Source: an uncultured Chloroflexia bacterium
GTDB lineage: Bacteria; Chloroflexota; Chloroflexia; QHBQ01; JADMIH01
NCBI GenBank assembly: GCA_963797095.1
Contig: CAWCNY010000001.1
Coordinates: 160,001-224,000, forward strand
Reading direction: 5' to 3'
DNA length: 64,000 nucleotides
Shown: piece after piece, positions 9,212 through 19,568 of the stretch
How positions within the stretch are numbered: position 1 is the first letter of the stretch
How the letters are laid out: each line of letters opens with the position of its first letter
Notes under the pieces: model-generated
What the model saw: only the letters and a program-made list of their open reading frames with translations
Told to the model about the DNA's origin: nothing
Databases searched by the model: none
Translations under genes and position numbers: made by a program

Positions 9212-10663
9212 ATGCACAAGCGACTCTCGCAACTTGTGAGTTTTCCATTGGCTGCGGTTATTCTGTTCGGCCTGGTCGCCTGCGGTGGCGATGCCACACC
9301 GACGAGTGTCCCCGCACCGACGGCGACCACGGCCCCGGTCGCGCAGGCAACCGATACGGTAGCTCCGGTTGCACAGGCGACCGATACGGTGGCTTCAGAA
9401 GCTCCCGCGACGGCAACCCTTGCGCCCACGCCCACTACCCAAACGTTAGGCAACGCCGGGGGCAAGGTGCTTAAGATCTGGCATTATGAAGCAGCAGAAA
9501 GCGCCATGGGCGCTTCCTGGAACGATGCGATGCAGGATTTTGTCGCCGCGCATCCCGATGTTCAGATCCAGTTTGAGCTGAAGACTTTTGATCAGATACA
9601 GCAGACCGCCCAGATGATCCTCAACTCCAGCGAAGCTCCTGATGTGCTGGAGATCAACAAAGGCAACGCTACCGCCGGCTTGTATGCCAAGCAAGGCCTA
9701 CTTACCGACCTGACCGATGTCGCGGCACAACGCGGTTGGGACAAGATCATGAGCCCCAGCATCCAGGCAACCAGCCGCTATGACGACCGCGGCATCATGG
9801 GCTCCGGCCAACTTTACGGTGTAACTACCTACGGCGAGTTCGTGATGGTCTATTACAACAAGGATATGTTCGACAAGTACAACCTGAAGGTGCCCACCAC
9901 GTACGAAGAATTCGAAGCAGTCTGCGATGCCTTTGTCAAGGCAGGAGTCACCCCGCTCGCCCTGGGCGCTCTGGACAAGTGGCCTGTCACCCAGAACTTC
10001 TACGAGTTGGCACTCTACAAGGCCAACCGCGATTTCATCACTAACTACATGACCTTCAAGGACGACATCGATTTCCACGGACCGGAGTTCACCTACGCAG
10101 CGCAAGAGCTGGTAAACCAGTTCAACAAAGGCTACTATGGCAACAACGTCACCGGCGTGAGCTATGACGACGCCAATGCGTCCTTCGAGCAGGGCAAGTA
10201 CCCGATGACTCTGACGGGTAGCTGGATGTTCGGGACCTTCCTGAGCACGATCAAGGACTTCCAGTGGAGTCTGTTCGTGCTGCCGGGCAAGCAGTTCAAC
10301 ACCGGCTCTGGCGGCAACCTCCTTGTCGTACCTGCCGGTTCACAGAACAAGGATCTGGCTTATGACTTCCTTGATCTGACCCTGGCGAACAAGGCTCAGA
10401 CGGTCATGGCGAACAACGGCGGTATTCCGGTAAACGCTGATCTCTCTCAGATCACCGAGCCTCACACCAAGGATCTGAACCAGGCGTTCAGTACGATCGT
10501 AGAGAACGATGGCCTGGCTTTCTATCCCGACTGGCCGGCCCCAGGCTATATGGATACGCTCGGCGGTGGCCTGCAAGAGCTGGTTACCGGGGGGAAAACA
10601 ACCGACCAGTTCCTCGATGAGATAGCCGGTCCCTGGCAAGACTATAAGTCATCGTTACCCTGA
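9212..10663 (+). CDS. Sugar ABC transporter substrate-binding lipoprotein
   Basis: Lipobox LVAC, Pro/Thr/Ala linker with APVAQATDTV x2, APDV..., VYYNKDMFDK; upstream of two permeases. Confidence 0.93.
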   Translation: MHKRLSQLVSFPLAAVILFGLVACGGDATPTSVPAPTATTAPVAQATDTVAPVAQATDTVASEAPATATLAPTPTTQTLGNAGGKVLKIWHYEAAESAMGASWNDAMQDFVAAHPDVQIQFELKTFDQIQQTAQMILNSSEAPDVLEINKGNATAGLYAKQGLLTDLTDVAAQRGWDKIMSPSIQATSRYDDRGIMGSGQLYGVTTYGEFVMVYYNKDMFDKYNLKVPTTYEEFEAVCDAFVKAGVTPLALGALDKWPVTQNFYELALYKANRDFITNYMTFKDDIDFHGPEFTYAAQELVNQFNKGYYGNNVTGVSYDDANASFEQGKYPMTLTGSWMFGTFLSTIKDFQWSLFVLPGKQFNTGSGGNLLVVPAGSQNKDLAYDFLDLTLANKAQTVMANNGGIPVNADLSQITEPHTKDLNQAFSTIVENDGLAFYPDWPAPGYMDTLGGGLQELVTGGKTTDQFLDEIAGPWQDYKSSLP

Positions 10664-10682
10664 GCCTTTCCAACCTGTCCAC

Positions 10683-10775
10683 ATTTGTCGCAGGGCGGGG
10701 CGAAAAATGAGAAATCTATGGCATCCGAACATCGTATTACGTGATCCTCATTTTTCGCCCCGCCCTGCGATAAAT
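10683..10775. repeat. 29-bp inverted repeat (one G-U), 35-nt loop, between SBP and permease
   Basis: ATTTGTCGCAGGGCGGGGCGAAAAATGAG / CTCATTTTTCGCCCCGCCCTGCGATAAAT. Confidence 0.9.
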
Positions 10776-10796
10776 CGTCTTAGCTCATGAAAGGAT

Positions 10797-11780
10797 ATGG
10801 GCATGGCAAACAAAGTTGTTGTCGGGGGTAAGGGAGATGAGAGGACATTCGCAGCGGGTGTAGCGTTGGCTGGGACGCGCCGTAGCACGCGGTTGGACTG
10901 GGGCTACGCGGTATTCCTGGTGCCGGGCCTGCTCATCTTCTTATTCCTGGTAGTGATACCGGTCATAGCCAATTTTGGGGTCAGCTTCACCAGGTGGACG
11001 GGTGTTGGTACGCCAACCTGGATCGGGGTTTCCAACTACGCTAAAGCCCTGGGTGACTCGATTTTCTGGAAGTCGTTCCTCAACAACCTTTACCTGATCA
11101 TCGTCATGACAATTGTTCCGACCCTGATCGGATTGTTCCTGGCGGCGGTGCTCTTTGACTACATCTACAAGCGGTTCGGGAATTTCGTAACCACCCTGTT
11201 CCGGTCTGGGCTTTACCTGCCGCAGATCATCCCCATAGTGGTGTCGGCGATAGTCTGGAATTGGATCCTCCAGCCCAACTGGGGAGCTGTCAATACGCTG
11301 CTGAACGGTGTGGGGCTTTCGGGACTTGCCCAGAATTGGCTTGGCGATCCTGCCACTGCTCTCCCTTCAGTCATGGTGATGCTCATCTGGTTTCAGATAG
11401 GCTACCCGCTGGTGATCTTCATGGCGGGTATGCAGCGCATTGACAGCGAGATATACGAGGCAAGCTCTCTCGATGGTGCTACCTGGTTGCAGCGATTCTG
11501 GCGCATCACAGTGCCCCTTGTGCGGCCAGAACTATATGTGGTGGTGCTAACCACCATAATAGCCACGCTGAAAACCTTCGGCCCCATCTATGCGATGACC
11601 CGTGGCGGGCCGGGCAATTCTACAATAGTTGCCTCGTATTTCTCCTACAAGAACTTCTTCGAAAACGCCAATGTCGGCTATGGTGCAACCATGTCTACGG
11701 TGCTGACGCTAATTGTGCTGGCAATAACTGTAGTTTACATCAGGGTCCAAACGCGCCAGGAAACCCGGGAGGCTGCTTAA
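10797..11780 (+). CDS. Carbohydrate ABC permease
   Basis: EIYEASSLDGATWLQRFWRITVPL EAA loop, multiple TMs. Confidence 0.95.
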   Translation: MGMANKVVVGGKGDERTFAAGVALAGTRRSTRLDWGYAVFLVPGLLIFLFLVVIPVIANFGVSFTRWTGVGTPTWIGVSNYAKALGDSIFWKSFLNNLYLIIVMTIVPTLIGLFLAAVLFDYIYKRFGNFVTTLFRSGLYLPQIIPIVVSAIVWNWILQPNWGAVNTLLNGVGLSGLAQNWLGDPATALPSVMVMLIWFQIGYPLVIFMAGMQRIDSEIYEASSLDGATWLQRFWRITVPLVRPELYVVVLTTIIATLKTFGPIYAMTRGGPGNSTIVASYFSYKNFFENANVGYGATMSTVLTLIVLAITVVYIRVQTRQETREAA

Positions 11781-11781
11781 C

Positions 11782-12663
11782 ATGGCTACCGGCAGCATAT
11801 CCGTCCCCAGAACCGGGACACTCGCCCCCAAAACCAAACCTATCCGCCGCCTAACAGATTGGGTGCCTCTGATATTGCTCGCTGTGCTGGTGTTGATTAT
11901 GCTCTTCCCGTTGCTGTTGATCATAGTCAATTCCTTCAAGACTGAGGCAGAGTACAACGTCAACGGCCCGTTCGCCTTACCCCAAAGTCTCAACTTCGAC
12001 GTGCTGGTCAGCACCTGGCAAAGCACCGACTATCCCACCAAGCTGGTGAACAGCATAGTTATCAGCGCAGGCACCGCGCTACTGGCAATAGTGCTCTCGT
12101 TGTTCAACGCTTTCGCCCTGGGCATCGGCAAGATCAAGGGAAGAGGACTATTTCTGCTCTTTTTCCTGCTGGCAATTACGCTGCCGACGGAGTCACTGAT
12201 CTATCCTCTTTACTACTTCTTCAAGCTGGTACACCTGTATGACACCCAATTGTCGGTTATACTCATTACGGCAGCTTTGCATAGTGCGTTTGGCACTTAC
12301 CTGCTAACTTCGGTGTTCCAATCGTTCCCAATCGAGTTACTTGAAGCGGCAAGAATTGATGGGGCTAATAAATTTCAACTGCTGTGGAGATTAGTTATAC
12401 CCCTGAGCACACCTTCACTGTCGGTGCTCTTCATCTTCTTCTTCATCTCGACCTGGAACGACTTCTTCTTACAGCTTATCTTCCTCATTTCCAATTCGAA
12501 ACAAACGGTGCCGCTCGCGGTGCTGGTTGCCCGTGGGGAACACGGATCGGTGATCACGACGCAGGCTGTGGCAGCCCTGCTCGGCATCCTACCTTGCATC
12601 ATTTTCTTCGTGCTTTTCCAGAGGACGCTGACAAAGGGTATCGCAGTAGGCAGCATAAAATAG
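11782..12663 (+). CDS. Carbohydrate ABC permease
   Basis: ELLEAARIDGANKFQLLWRLVIPL EAA loop. Confidence 0.95.
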   Translation: MATGSISVPRTGTLAPKTKPIRRLTDWVPLILLAVLVLIMLFPLLLIIVNSFKTEAEYNVNGPFALPQSLNFDVLVSTWQSTDYPTKLVNSIVISAGTALLAIVLSLFNAFALGIGKIKGRGLFLLFFLLAITLPTESLIYPLYYFFKLVHLYDTQLSVILITAALHSAFGTYLLTSVFQSFPIELLEAARIDGANKFQLLWRLVIPLSTPSLSVLFIFFFISTWNDFFLQLIFLISNSKQTVPLAVLVARGEHGSVITTQAVAALLGILPCIIFFVLFQRTLTKGIAVGSIK

Positions 12664-12672
12664 CAAAATGAT

Positions 12673-12778
12673 GCGTAAGACGTGACACGTATTAATTGAG
12701 GGCGAAAAACAACCGGTGACGAGTCGATACGCAGTAAGCAGTATCCAACAGTCAACTATTACGTTTCACGTTTTGCGC
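12673..12778. repeat. Imperfect 19-bp inverted repeat built from degenerate heptamers
   Basis: GCGTAAGACGTGACACGTA (12673-12691) vs TACGTTTCACGTTTTGCGC (12760-12778), 16/19 complementary. Confidence 0.55.
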
Positions 12779-12809
12779 TTCCCATACCACTCCCTAGAGA
12801 GAGAGCAGA

Positions 12810-15137
12810 ATGAAGTTCACAGATGGATACTGGCATATACGCCCCAACGTCGTCCCACACTTCGCGGTACAGGTGCAGGAGATGGAGGCCGGGAACGGTG
12901 TGCTCACGGTTTACGCAGCCACCGAGCGTGTAGTCAACCGCGGCGATACCCTGGACCTGCCTATGCTGACGGCGCAGTTCTCCTCGCCGATGCCCAACAT
13001 CATCCGCGTCCGAATCTACCACCACAAAGGCGGGCAACCCCGCAAGCCTCAATTCTCACTTGAGTCGCCAGGCGATTATCAGGCGGGGATTGAGCAAGAC
13101 GCAGAAGCTATCACCCTTACCAGCGGACAACTCAGCGTGCGAGTGCAAAAAGGCGAGTGGCGGGTGGAGTTCAGGGACGGCGACAGGGTCATTACTGGCA
13201 GCGGCCATCATGGGGCAGGTTACGTGGAGACCCGGGAGGGTAACTACATTCACGAGCAGCTTGACCTCGCAGTTGGCGAATGCGTGTATGGCCTGGGCGA
13301 GAGGTTCACCCCTTTTGTCAAGAACGGGCAGGTTGTCGATCTCTGGAACGAAGATGGGGGCACCGGCAGCGAGCAGGCCTACAAGAACGTGCCTTTCTAT
13401 CTCACCAATCGAGGATACGGAGTCTTCATCAACCACCCGGAGCGAGTGTCGCTGGAGGTGGCCTCTGAAAAGGTGGAGAGGGTGCAGTTCAGCGTGCCGG
13501 GAGAGATGCTCGAATACTACATCATCTACGGCCCGTCACCCAAACAGGTGCTGAAGCGCTATACCGCCCTCACGGGCCGACCCGCTCTCCCCCCCGCCTG
13601 GTCATTCGGCCTCTGGCTTTCCACCTCATTCACCACCGAATACGACGAGGAGACAGTCACGAGCTTTATCGAGGGCATGGCCGACCGCGACCTCCCTTTG
13701 CACGTATTTCATTTCGACACTTTCTGGATGAAAGAATTCCACTGGGTGGATTTGCAGTGGGATGAGCGAGTGTTCCCCGACCCCAAAGCTATGCTTGAGC
13801 GGTTGAAAGCCCGCGGGCTGCATATATGTGTTTGGATCAATCCATACGTCGCCCAACAATCAGCCATGTTCGACGAGGGTACGGAGAAAGGCTACCTGCT
13901 CAAGAGACCCGACGGCGATGTGTGGCAGTGGGACCGCTGGCAAGCCGGAATGGCACTGGTGGATTTCACCAACCCGGACGCCCGCCGCTGGTACGGAGAT
14001 AAGTTGTGTGCCTTGCAAGATATGGGCGTTGATTGCTTCAAGACCGACTTCGGAGAGCGCGTACCCACCGATGTTGTCTACTTTGATGGGTCAGACCCCT
14101 ACAAGATGCACAATTACTACGCCTATCTATACCACGAGACCGTGTTCCGGGCGCTGGAGGAACGGCGTGGGGTGGGTGATGCTGTTCTATTCTCGCGGGC
14201 TGCCACGACCGGGGACCAGCGTTTCCCCGTACATTGGGGTGGGGACTCCACAGCCACTTTCCCGTCCATGGCCGAGAGCCTCCGCGGAGGATTGTCGTTG
14301 GGGTTGTCGGGGTTCGGCTTCTGGAGTCATGACATAGGGGGGTTTGAGCAGACTTCCACCCCCGACCTGTACAAGCGCTGGTGCGCGTTTGGGCTCCTCT
14401 CATCGCACAGCCGCCTGCACGGCAGCCATTCCTACCGCGTACCCTGGCTGTTCGACGAAGAAGCGGTCGACGTGTTGCGCTTTTTCACCAGGCTAAAGTG
14501 CCGGTTGATGCCCTACCTGTTTGGCGCGGCGAGCGAGGCCCACGACACCGGCGTGCCATTGATGCGGGCCATGATGCTGGAGTTCCCGAACGACCCCGCC
14601 TGCGATTACCTGGACCGCCAGTACATGCTGGGTGGCGCTCTCCTTGTGGCTCCCGTCTTCTCGCCGGATGGCATTGTAGATTATTACCTGCCGACCGGAC
14701 GCTGGACGAACTTCCTGACCGGCCAGGTGGTGGAGGGCAATCGATGGCTCCGCGAAAAGCACGGCTACATGAGCCTGCCCTTGTTTGTGCGCTCGAATTC
14801 GATCATCCCGGTTGGACCTGAAGAGCAACGTCCCGACTATGAATATGCCAACGGCGTGACCTTTCACGTCTTTGAGCTGGATGATGGAGCGACTTGCCAG
14901 GCAATGGTGCCAACTCAGACCGGCGAGGTTGCCGCGATAGCCAGTGCGAGCCGGGCAGGGCAGAACGTGAAAGTCCAGGTGCATAGCTCACCGGGGTCCT
15001 GGCGCGTGCTCCTGCGAGGTACGAGTAAGACCCACTGCCAGGTAAATGGCGGCACTGCCGACCCGGATGCTTTGGGTGTGCTTATAACTCCTGACCAGGA
15101 TGCCGAACAAATAACCATCTATCTGAGCGAGGTATAG
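12810..15137 (+). CDS. yicI: Alpha-xylosidase, GH31
   Basis: MKFTDGYW, YGLGERF, SFGLWLSTSFTT, GVDCFKTDFGER nucleophile motif, HWGGD, WSHDIGGF. Confidence 0.95.
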   Translation: MKFTDGYWHIRPNVVPHFAVQVQEMEAGNGVLTVYAATERVVNRGDTLDLPMLTAQFSSPMPNIIRVRIYHHKGGQPRKPQFSLESPGDYQAGIEQDAEAITLTSGQLSVRVQKGEWRVEFRDGDRVITGSGHHGAGYVETREGNYIHEQLDLAVGECVYGLGERFTPFVKNGQVVDLWNEDGGTGSEQAYKNVPFYLTNRGYGVFINHPERVSLEVASEKVERVQFSVPGEMLEYYIIYGPSPKQVLKRYTALTGRPALPPAWSFGLWLSTSFTTEYDEETVTSFIEGMADRDLPLHVFHFDTFWMKEFHWVDLQWDERVFPDPKAMLERLKARGLHICVWINPYVAQQSAMFDEGTEKGYLLKRPDGDVWQWDRWQAGMALVDFTNPDARRWYGDKLCALQDMGVDCFKTDFGERVPTDVVYFDGSDPYKMHNYYAYLYHETVFRALEERRGVGDAVLFSRAATTGDQRFPVHWGGDSTATFPSMAESLRGGLSLGLSGFGFWSHDIGGFEQTSTPDLYKRWCAFGLLSSHSRLHGSHSYRVPWLFDEEAVDVLRFFTRLKCRLMPYLFGAASEAHDTGVPLMRAMMLEFPNDPACDYLDRQYMLGGALLVAPVFSPDGIVDYYLPTGRWTNFLTGQVVEGNRWLREKHGYMSLPLFVRSNSIIPVGPEEQRPDYEYANGVTFHVFELDDGATCQAMVPTQTGEVAAIASASRAGQNVKVQVHSSPGSWRVLLRGTSKTHCQVNGGTADPDALGVLITPDQDAEQITIYLSEV

Positions 15138-15196
15138 CAACCTAGACCGAAGAGGGCTTGCCCCGATTTGGCCCTGCTCCAATCGCTCTTGTCCTC

Positions 15197-15240
15197 CACG
15201 ATCCAGGCCGTTGCATCTGTATACAACGGCCTGGATCGTG
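15197..15240. repeat. Perfect 17-bp inverted repeat after yicI (terminator/stabiliser)
   Basis: CACGATCCAGGCCGTTG / CAACGGCCTGGATCGTG. Confidence 0.85.
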
Positions 15241-15275
15241 TCTATCAACCATGTGCCAAACACCAACCCTTGTAG

Positions 15276-17105
15276 CGCCAGCCGGATGCCCAATTTCAAC
15301 CACCCGGCCGGAACCTGAGCACAATCCCTTTCGCATACAACTACGACGACTATTCCTTCACGGATATGACCTCAACCGGCCTGCGTGCCGACATAATCCC
15401 AATCTCCGCGATGGAGGACAATACCTACAGCATCCAGGCGAGAAAGGCGGGCGGATGGGCCAAGTATGCGAATGTTGACATCTCCTCCGTACCGGCCGGT
15501 ATCGTCCTGCGCGCTTCCAACTCCAATAGCTCAGCCGCTAACGTTGAAGTGTGGATGAACGGTCCAAGCGTTGTCGAGGGCGGTACGCTGCTCGGAACGG
15601 TCGCGGTACCGGCCACGGGCCACATCCAGACCTATGTGAATGTCGATGCTACACTGGCGGGCTTCGCCGGCAGCCATGCCGATATCTACCTGGTGTTCCC
15701 GACAGCCAACGTGAGCGTCAAGTGGCTGAAGCTCGGAGCCGTAAACTCGTCGGTAGATTCCGACATCGAAGTAACATCTAACACCTACAACTCCAGCGCT
15801 TCCACGTCTCTATCTCGCCTGCATGTGAGGGTTCCGGCGATCGTGTACCAGAAGAGCGGCATGCTGCTGATGGAAGCCATGAATAACGGCTCCGGCATCG
15901 TGAGCGGCCCCGTGACATGGTCAATCACTGATGAAAGCGCTAACCCGAGTTCCCTGGCAACGATCAACAGCTCCGGCCAGCTTACCGCCGCCGGTACAGC
16001 CGACGGGACGGTCAGGGCGGTTGCCACATACAATACGCCCGCAGGCCCAATCTCCAACTACCTGACCGTAGAGCTACAGAACCAAACTGTGACGGCAAAT
16101 ACCAACGCCGAAGCCGTAGTAATTCGCAGTGGCTACGATTCGCGCCCAGGGGATATATCCTGGGGACCTAACCAGTTTACAAACTTCGGAGCCATCTACA
16201 AGTACCAGGGGACGCTGCTGGTCAGCGCTGTGACCTACCCGGCAGTCAACCCGGCTCGCCCCGTCACATACACGCTGACCGATGGTATCGGTAATCCGAC
16301 AAACCTGGCTACCATCATCAGTACCGGAGCCGGTTTCGTCGAGGGACAAACCTCCGGTAACAATAACAGAGCTTACAACGCCACAATACAGGCAACCGGA
16401 CTGGGTGACGGCGATGTATACGTGACAGCTACAACTACAAATGGCCTCTCCTATACGAGCAAGATCGTAATCCAGAACCAGGAGACGCGAGACCCATACG
16501 CCGATCGCTATGAAGCCGAACTGTTCGATGCTTCCGGCAACGTCGGTGGAGGTGGGTCCAACCTGCGCGCTGACGATGTCCATGGCGATGACGTGGGCCT
16601 CCAACTCAACCGCATCAGAAACAATGATTACGCGGAGTACGACAATCTGGACCTCGGTACGGCGGAATACATAGACATGGCCCTTAAGTATATCAAGGTT
16701 TCCACCGAACCCGCAACGATCAAGGTTATGGCCGATGATCCGATAACCGGCACCGAGCTTGGCCGTGTGACCCTGGTCGGCACTTACGATATTGCCACCG
16801 GCGACTACGCAAATGTCGTCTACCACTGGCAGGAAACCAACATCCGCCTTCACAGCATCGGCGGTGTGCACAACGTGTATCTGGTGTTTGAGATATCCCC
16901 CAATGTTCCGAATACGGATACATCGAGCACCTATGGCGCTGTAGCGGAATGGCTCGACTCGGCATAAATTGGTTCCAACTTGAGGCCGCTGACGCATACG
17001 CACAGATAGAGCCAAGCAGCCCCATCTCGGTCAGTGTAGGCAGCACCTTCACCGTAGACCTCCTCATCAACAGTGCTACCCAATCAGTGCTCGCCCAGCA
17101 GAGCT
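15276..17105 (+). pseudogene. Remnant of large extracellular protein: CBM6-like / Ig-like / CBM6-like / cohesin-like; N-terminus missing, frameshift near 16950, C-terminus cut by IS remnant
   Basis: WAKYANVD..HADIYLVF..VKW and YEAELFD..YAEYDNLD..GVHNVYLVF; VTWS..LATINSSGQLTA Ig-like; continuation GINWFQL..TFTVDLLIN..QQSYL in another frame; no signal peptide. Confidence 0.7.
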
Positions 17106-17923
17106 ACCTCTCCATCCCCAAGTCCCCATGCGAGATTACGTGCTTGCTGAGTGATCCATGCGGAGGTCGGGTGGGCAGTGCAACCGGCGAGGTACACGCG
17201 ACGAGTGCTGAGTTGGATAAAGAACAGAGCGTACAGTGTCTTCAACCGGATGGTTTCAACTGTGAAGAAATCACAGCCGAGCATGTAGTCCGCGTAATGT
17301 CCAAGGAATGAGCGCTAGGTGCTGCTCTCCCTCTTGCGCTGCGGAGAGCGTGGAGTGCGACATCGCTTGAGGATGTTCCTCACGCTTGATCGGCTGACTT
17401 TGTACCCGAGCTTGAGCAGTTCCCCCTGAATCTTGCTGTAGCCCCATCGTGGGTTCTCGTTGGCCAGCCGTATGATCAGCTGTTCCAACTCGGCTCGGAT
17501 AGGCGGCCTGCCAATGGGTTTGTCGTGTTGAAAGGTCCATTTTCGTCGTACCAATTGTCGGTGCCATCGTAGAACAGTTTCGGGCTTGAACAGCAAGATG
17601 ACTGCGTTCAGAGAGTGGCCAGTGTCTTCGGTCAAGCCTTTGAAGTGAGCAGCGAGTATCGATAAAACGCCCTTCTCACATACCGAGACACAGCGTAGCC
17701 GAGAGTTGGGGAGTTTGCGTTGCAGGATACGGTGCTGGTGACGGAGTAGGAGTATTTCGAGGTCTTTCTGCTGATCGAATAAGCTCCGGGTGGCGAGCCT
17801 ATCAAGGAGCAGTCTGAGAATCTGCATCAACAAGTAGATGTACGTGGTCACGCGAAAGCATAAAGCGACTTGGGCCTCTATTCAAGGGAGATCGAGGCGT
17901 CGGATGCTTTATTGCACATTACA
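17105..17923 (-). mobile_element. Degenerate integrase-core (rve, IS481/IS3-like) transposase element
   Basis: KDLEILLLRHQ, PETVLRWHR, GRPP..ENPRWGY..IQGEL, CDFFTVET, HPT.AWITQQARN; in-frame TAG at 17315 in place of Trp; truncated after first catalytic Asp; possible TGT end at 17923. Confidence 0.85.
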
Positions 17924-18272
17924 GGGTTCCGTGCTCCAAGATCTGACACTTCCACTCTCCAGGGCAAGCCAGGCGATTCCAACGCTACGTGCTGTACTTG
18001 ACGCTAGCAGCGCCGGCGGTTAGAATGAGGGCGACGATCCTAACAAACGGCAGTAACCCTGTAGAGTACCTGTTTAGCGGTACCGGCACACAGGTTTCCG
18101 GCGCAGAGACACCGCAACTAATCACGTTGGTGGCCTTGTTGATCGCTTCGTTCGATGCCTCTTAGGCTGTGCAGCCCGGGATATCGTAGCCATTAGCGCT
18201 ACCTCCCCTGTCCGTACTGTCCATACAACCTGATAGACCGAGGTTCTGCAACACCGGCGTGCTGACCGCTGA

Positions 18273-18292
18273 GGATAGAGCTAGCTCTATCC
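18273..18292. promoter_or_regulatory. Perfect 20-bp palindrome upstream of osmoprotectant ABC operon
   Basis: GGATAGAGCTAGCTCTATCC, nested in CTGCAACAC(18246)/GTGTTGCAG(18299). Confidence 0.5.
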
Positions 18293-18494
18293 CTGTGAGT
18301 GTTGCAGCCATCTCGCCAATCCCTCCCGCTGGATAGCCGACCTCGTGTTTCGGCTGTCTGGTATCGGTGTTGTCCTCAGAATCGACCTGGGACGGTCAGT
18401 GTACGCTGTTCTTTGGAGAGTTGATCTCCGACAGTCCATACGGGCTCAGGGTCGTACAACTTAATGCGAGTTAATGCGAGCTCAGGAGTAGCGA

Positions 18495-19568
18495 ATGATC
18501 GTATTCGATCACGTTTCCAAGATATACTCGTCCCACAAGCGGGGTGAGGACGTGCGAGCGGTGGACGACCTCAATCTGGAAGTGATACCGGGCGAGCTCT
18601 GTGTACTCATAGGTCCCTCCGGCTCAGGCAAAACTACGGCGATGCGTATGGTCAACCGCCTGGTGGTGCCTACTCACGGATGCATTACCATTGACGGGCA
18701 GGATAACAGCACTATCGATCCCGTATTGCTTCGCCGTAGCATTGGATATGTGATACAGCAGGTTGGTCTATTCCCACATCTCACTGTGGCCGATAATGTA
18801 GCAATCGTGCCTCGCTTGTTTGGTTGGAAAAAGGCCAAGCGCCTGGAGCGTGCCAACGAGCTACTTGAACTGGTAGGTCTGCCGCCGGCTGAATTCGCAC
18901 ATCGCCACCCACGCCAGCTTTCCGGCGGGCAACAGCAAAGGGTGGGCGTAGCGCGCGCTCTTGCTGCCGACCCAAACATTATTCTCATGGACGAGCCGTT
19001 CGGCGCTGTTGACCCCATTACGCGCAAGCAACTTCAGCGTGAGCTTCGGCGCATCCAATCTGAAGTGCACAAAACCATAATCTTTGTAACGCACGACATC
19101 GGCGAAGCCTTCCTGCTGGCCGATCGCATTGTGCTCATGTACAGAGGTCGCCTGGTTCAGAACGGCACTCCCGCCGACTTGCTGAGAAACCCGGCCAGTC
19201 CGTTTGTGACCGATTTCATCGGCGAGGACAGGAGCCTCCGCGCCCTCCAATTCACCAGCCTGGCCGAGATCGCAGCCAGAAACAGGGCGAGGCAGACGCT
19301 ATCCCCGGTCGGCGGCAATGGCAGAGAGAGTACGCTCGTATTGCAGCAAAGTCTATCTGTGATGGAGGGCCTACGGCTCCTTGCCTCTAGAGGCGGTGCG
19401 GTTCCGAGTGAAATCATGTTGAGCGATAGTCAGGGCCATATTACAGGCAAGATCACTGACAACGATTTTGTGCTTGCATTGGGCGAGGCCCTCACACTGG
19501 GCGAGCCGGGTAGGCACACAAATGGCGATGCCAGCCCCATAAAGGAGGCCTATGGAATACCTTCTTAA
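18495..19568 (+). CDS. Osmoprotectant ABC ATP-binding protein (OpuCA/OsmV-like)
   Basis: GPSGSGKTT, LRRSIGYVIQQVGLFPH, LSGGQQQRVGVARALAADP, MDEPFGAVDP. Confidence 0.95.
   Translation: MIVFDHVSKIYSSHKRGEDVRAVDDLNLEVIPGELCVLIGPSGSGKTTAMRMVNRLVVPTHGCITIDGQDNSTIDPVLLRRSIGYVIQQVGLFPHLTVADNVAIVPRLFGWKKAKRLERANELLELVGLPPAEFAHRHPRQLSGGQQQRVGVARALAADPNIILMDEPFGAVDPITRKQLQRELRRIQSEVHKTIIFVTHDIGEAFLLADRIVLMYRGRLVQNGTPADLLRNPASPFVTDFIGEDRSLRALQFTSLAEIAARNRARQTLSPVGGNGRESTLVLQQSLSVMEGLRLLASRGGAVPSEIMLSDSQGHITGKITDNDFVLALGEALTLGEPGRHTNGDASPIKEAYGIPS

Noticed and set aside
6970-17317. Amber recoding or pyrrolysine suggested by in-frame TAGs in xylA and the integrase
   Set aside because: The two TAGs replace different residues (Glu, Trp), many intact genes here end properly at TAG, and no pyl genes are visible
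18060-18480. c-di-AMP (ydaO) riboswitch before the osmoprotectant ABC operon
   Set aside because: Conserved GCTGAA / GGGGTGAATC / AGCTAAC elements not found by eye
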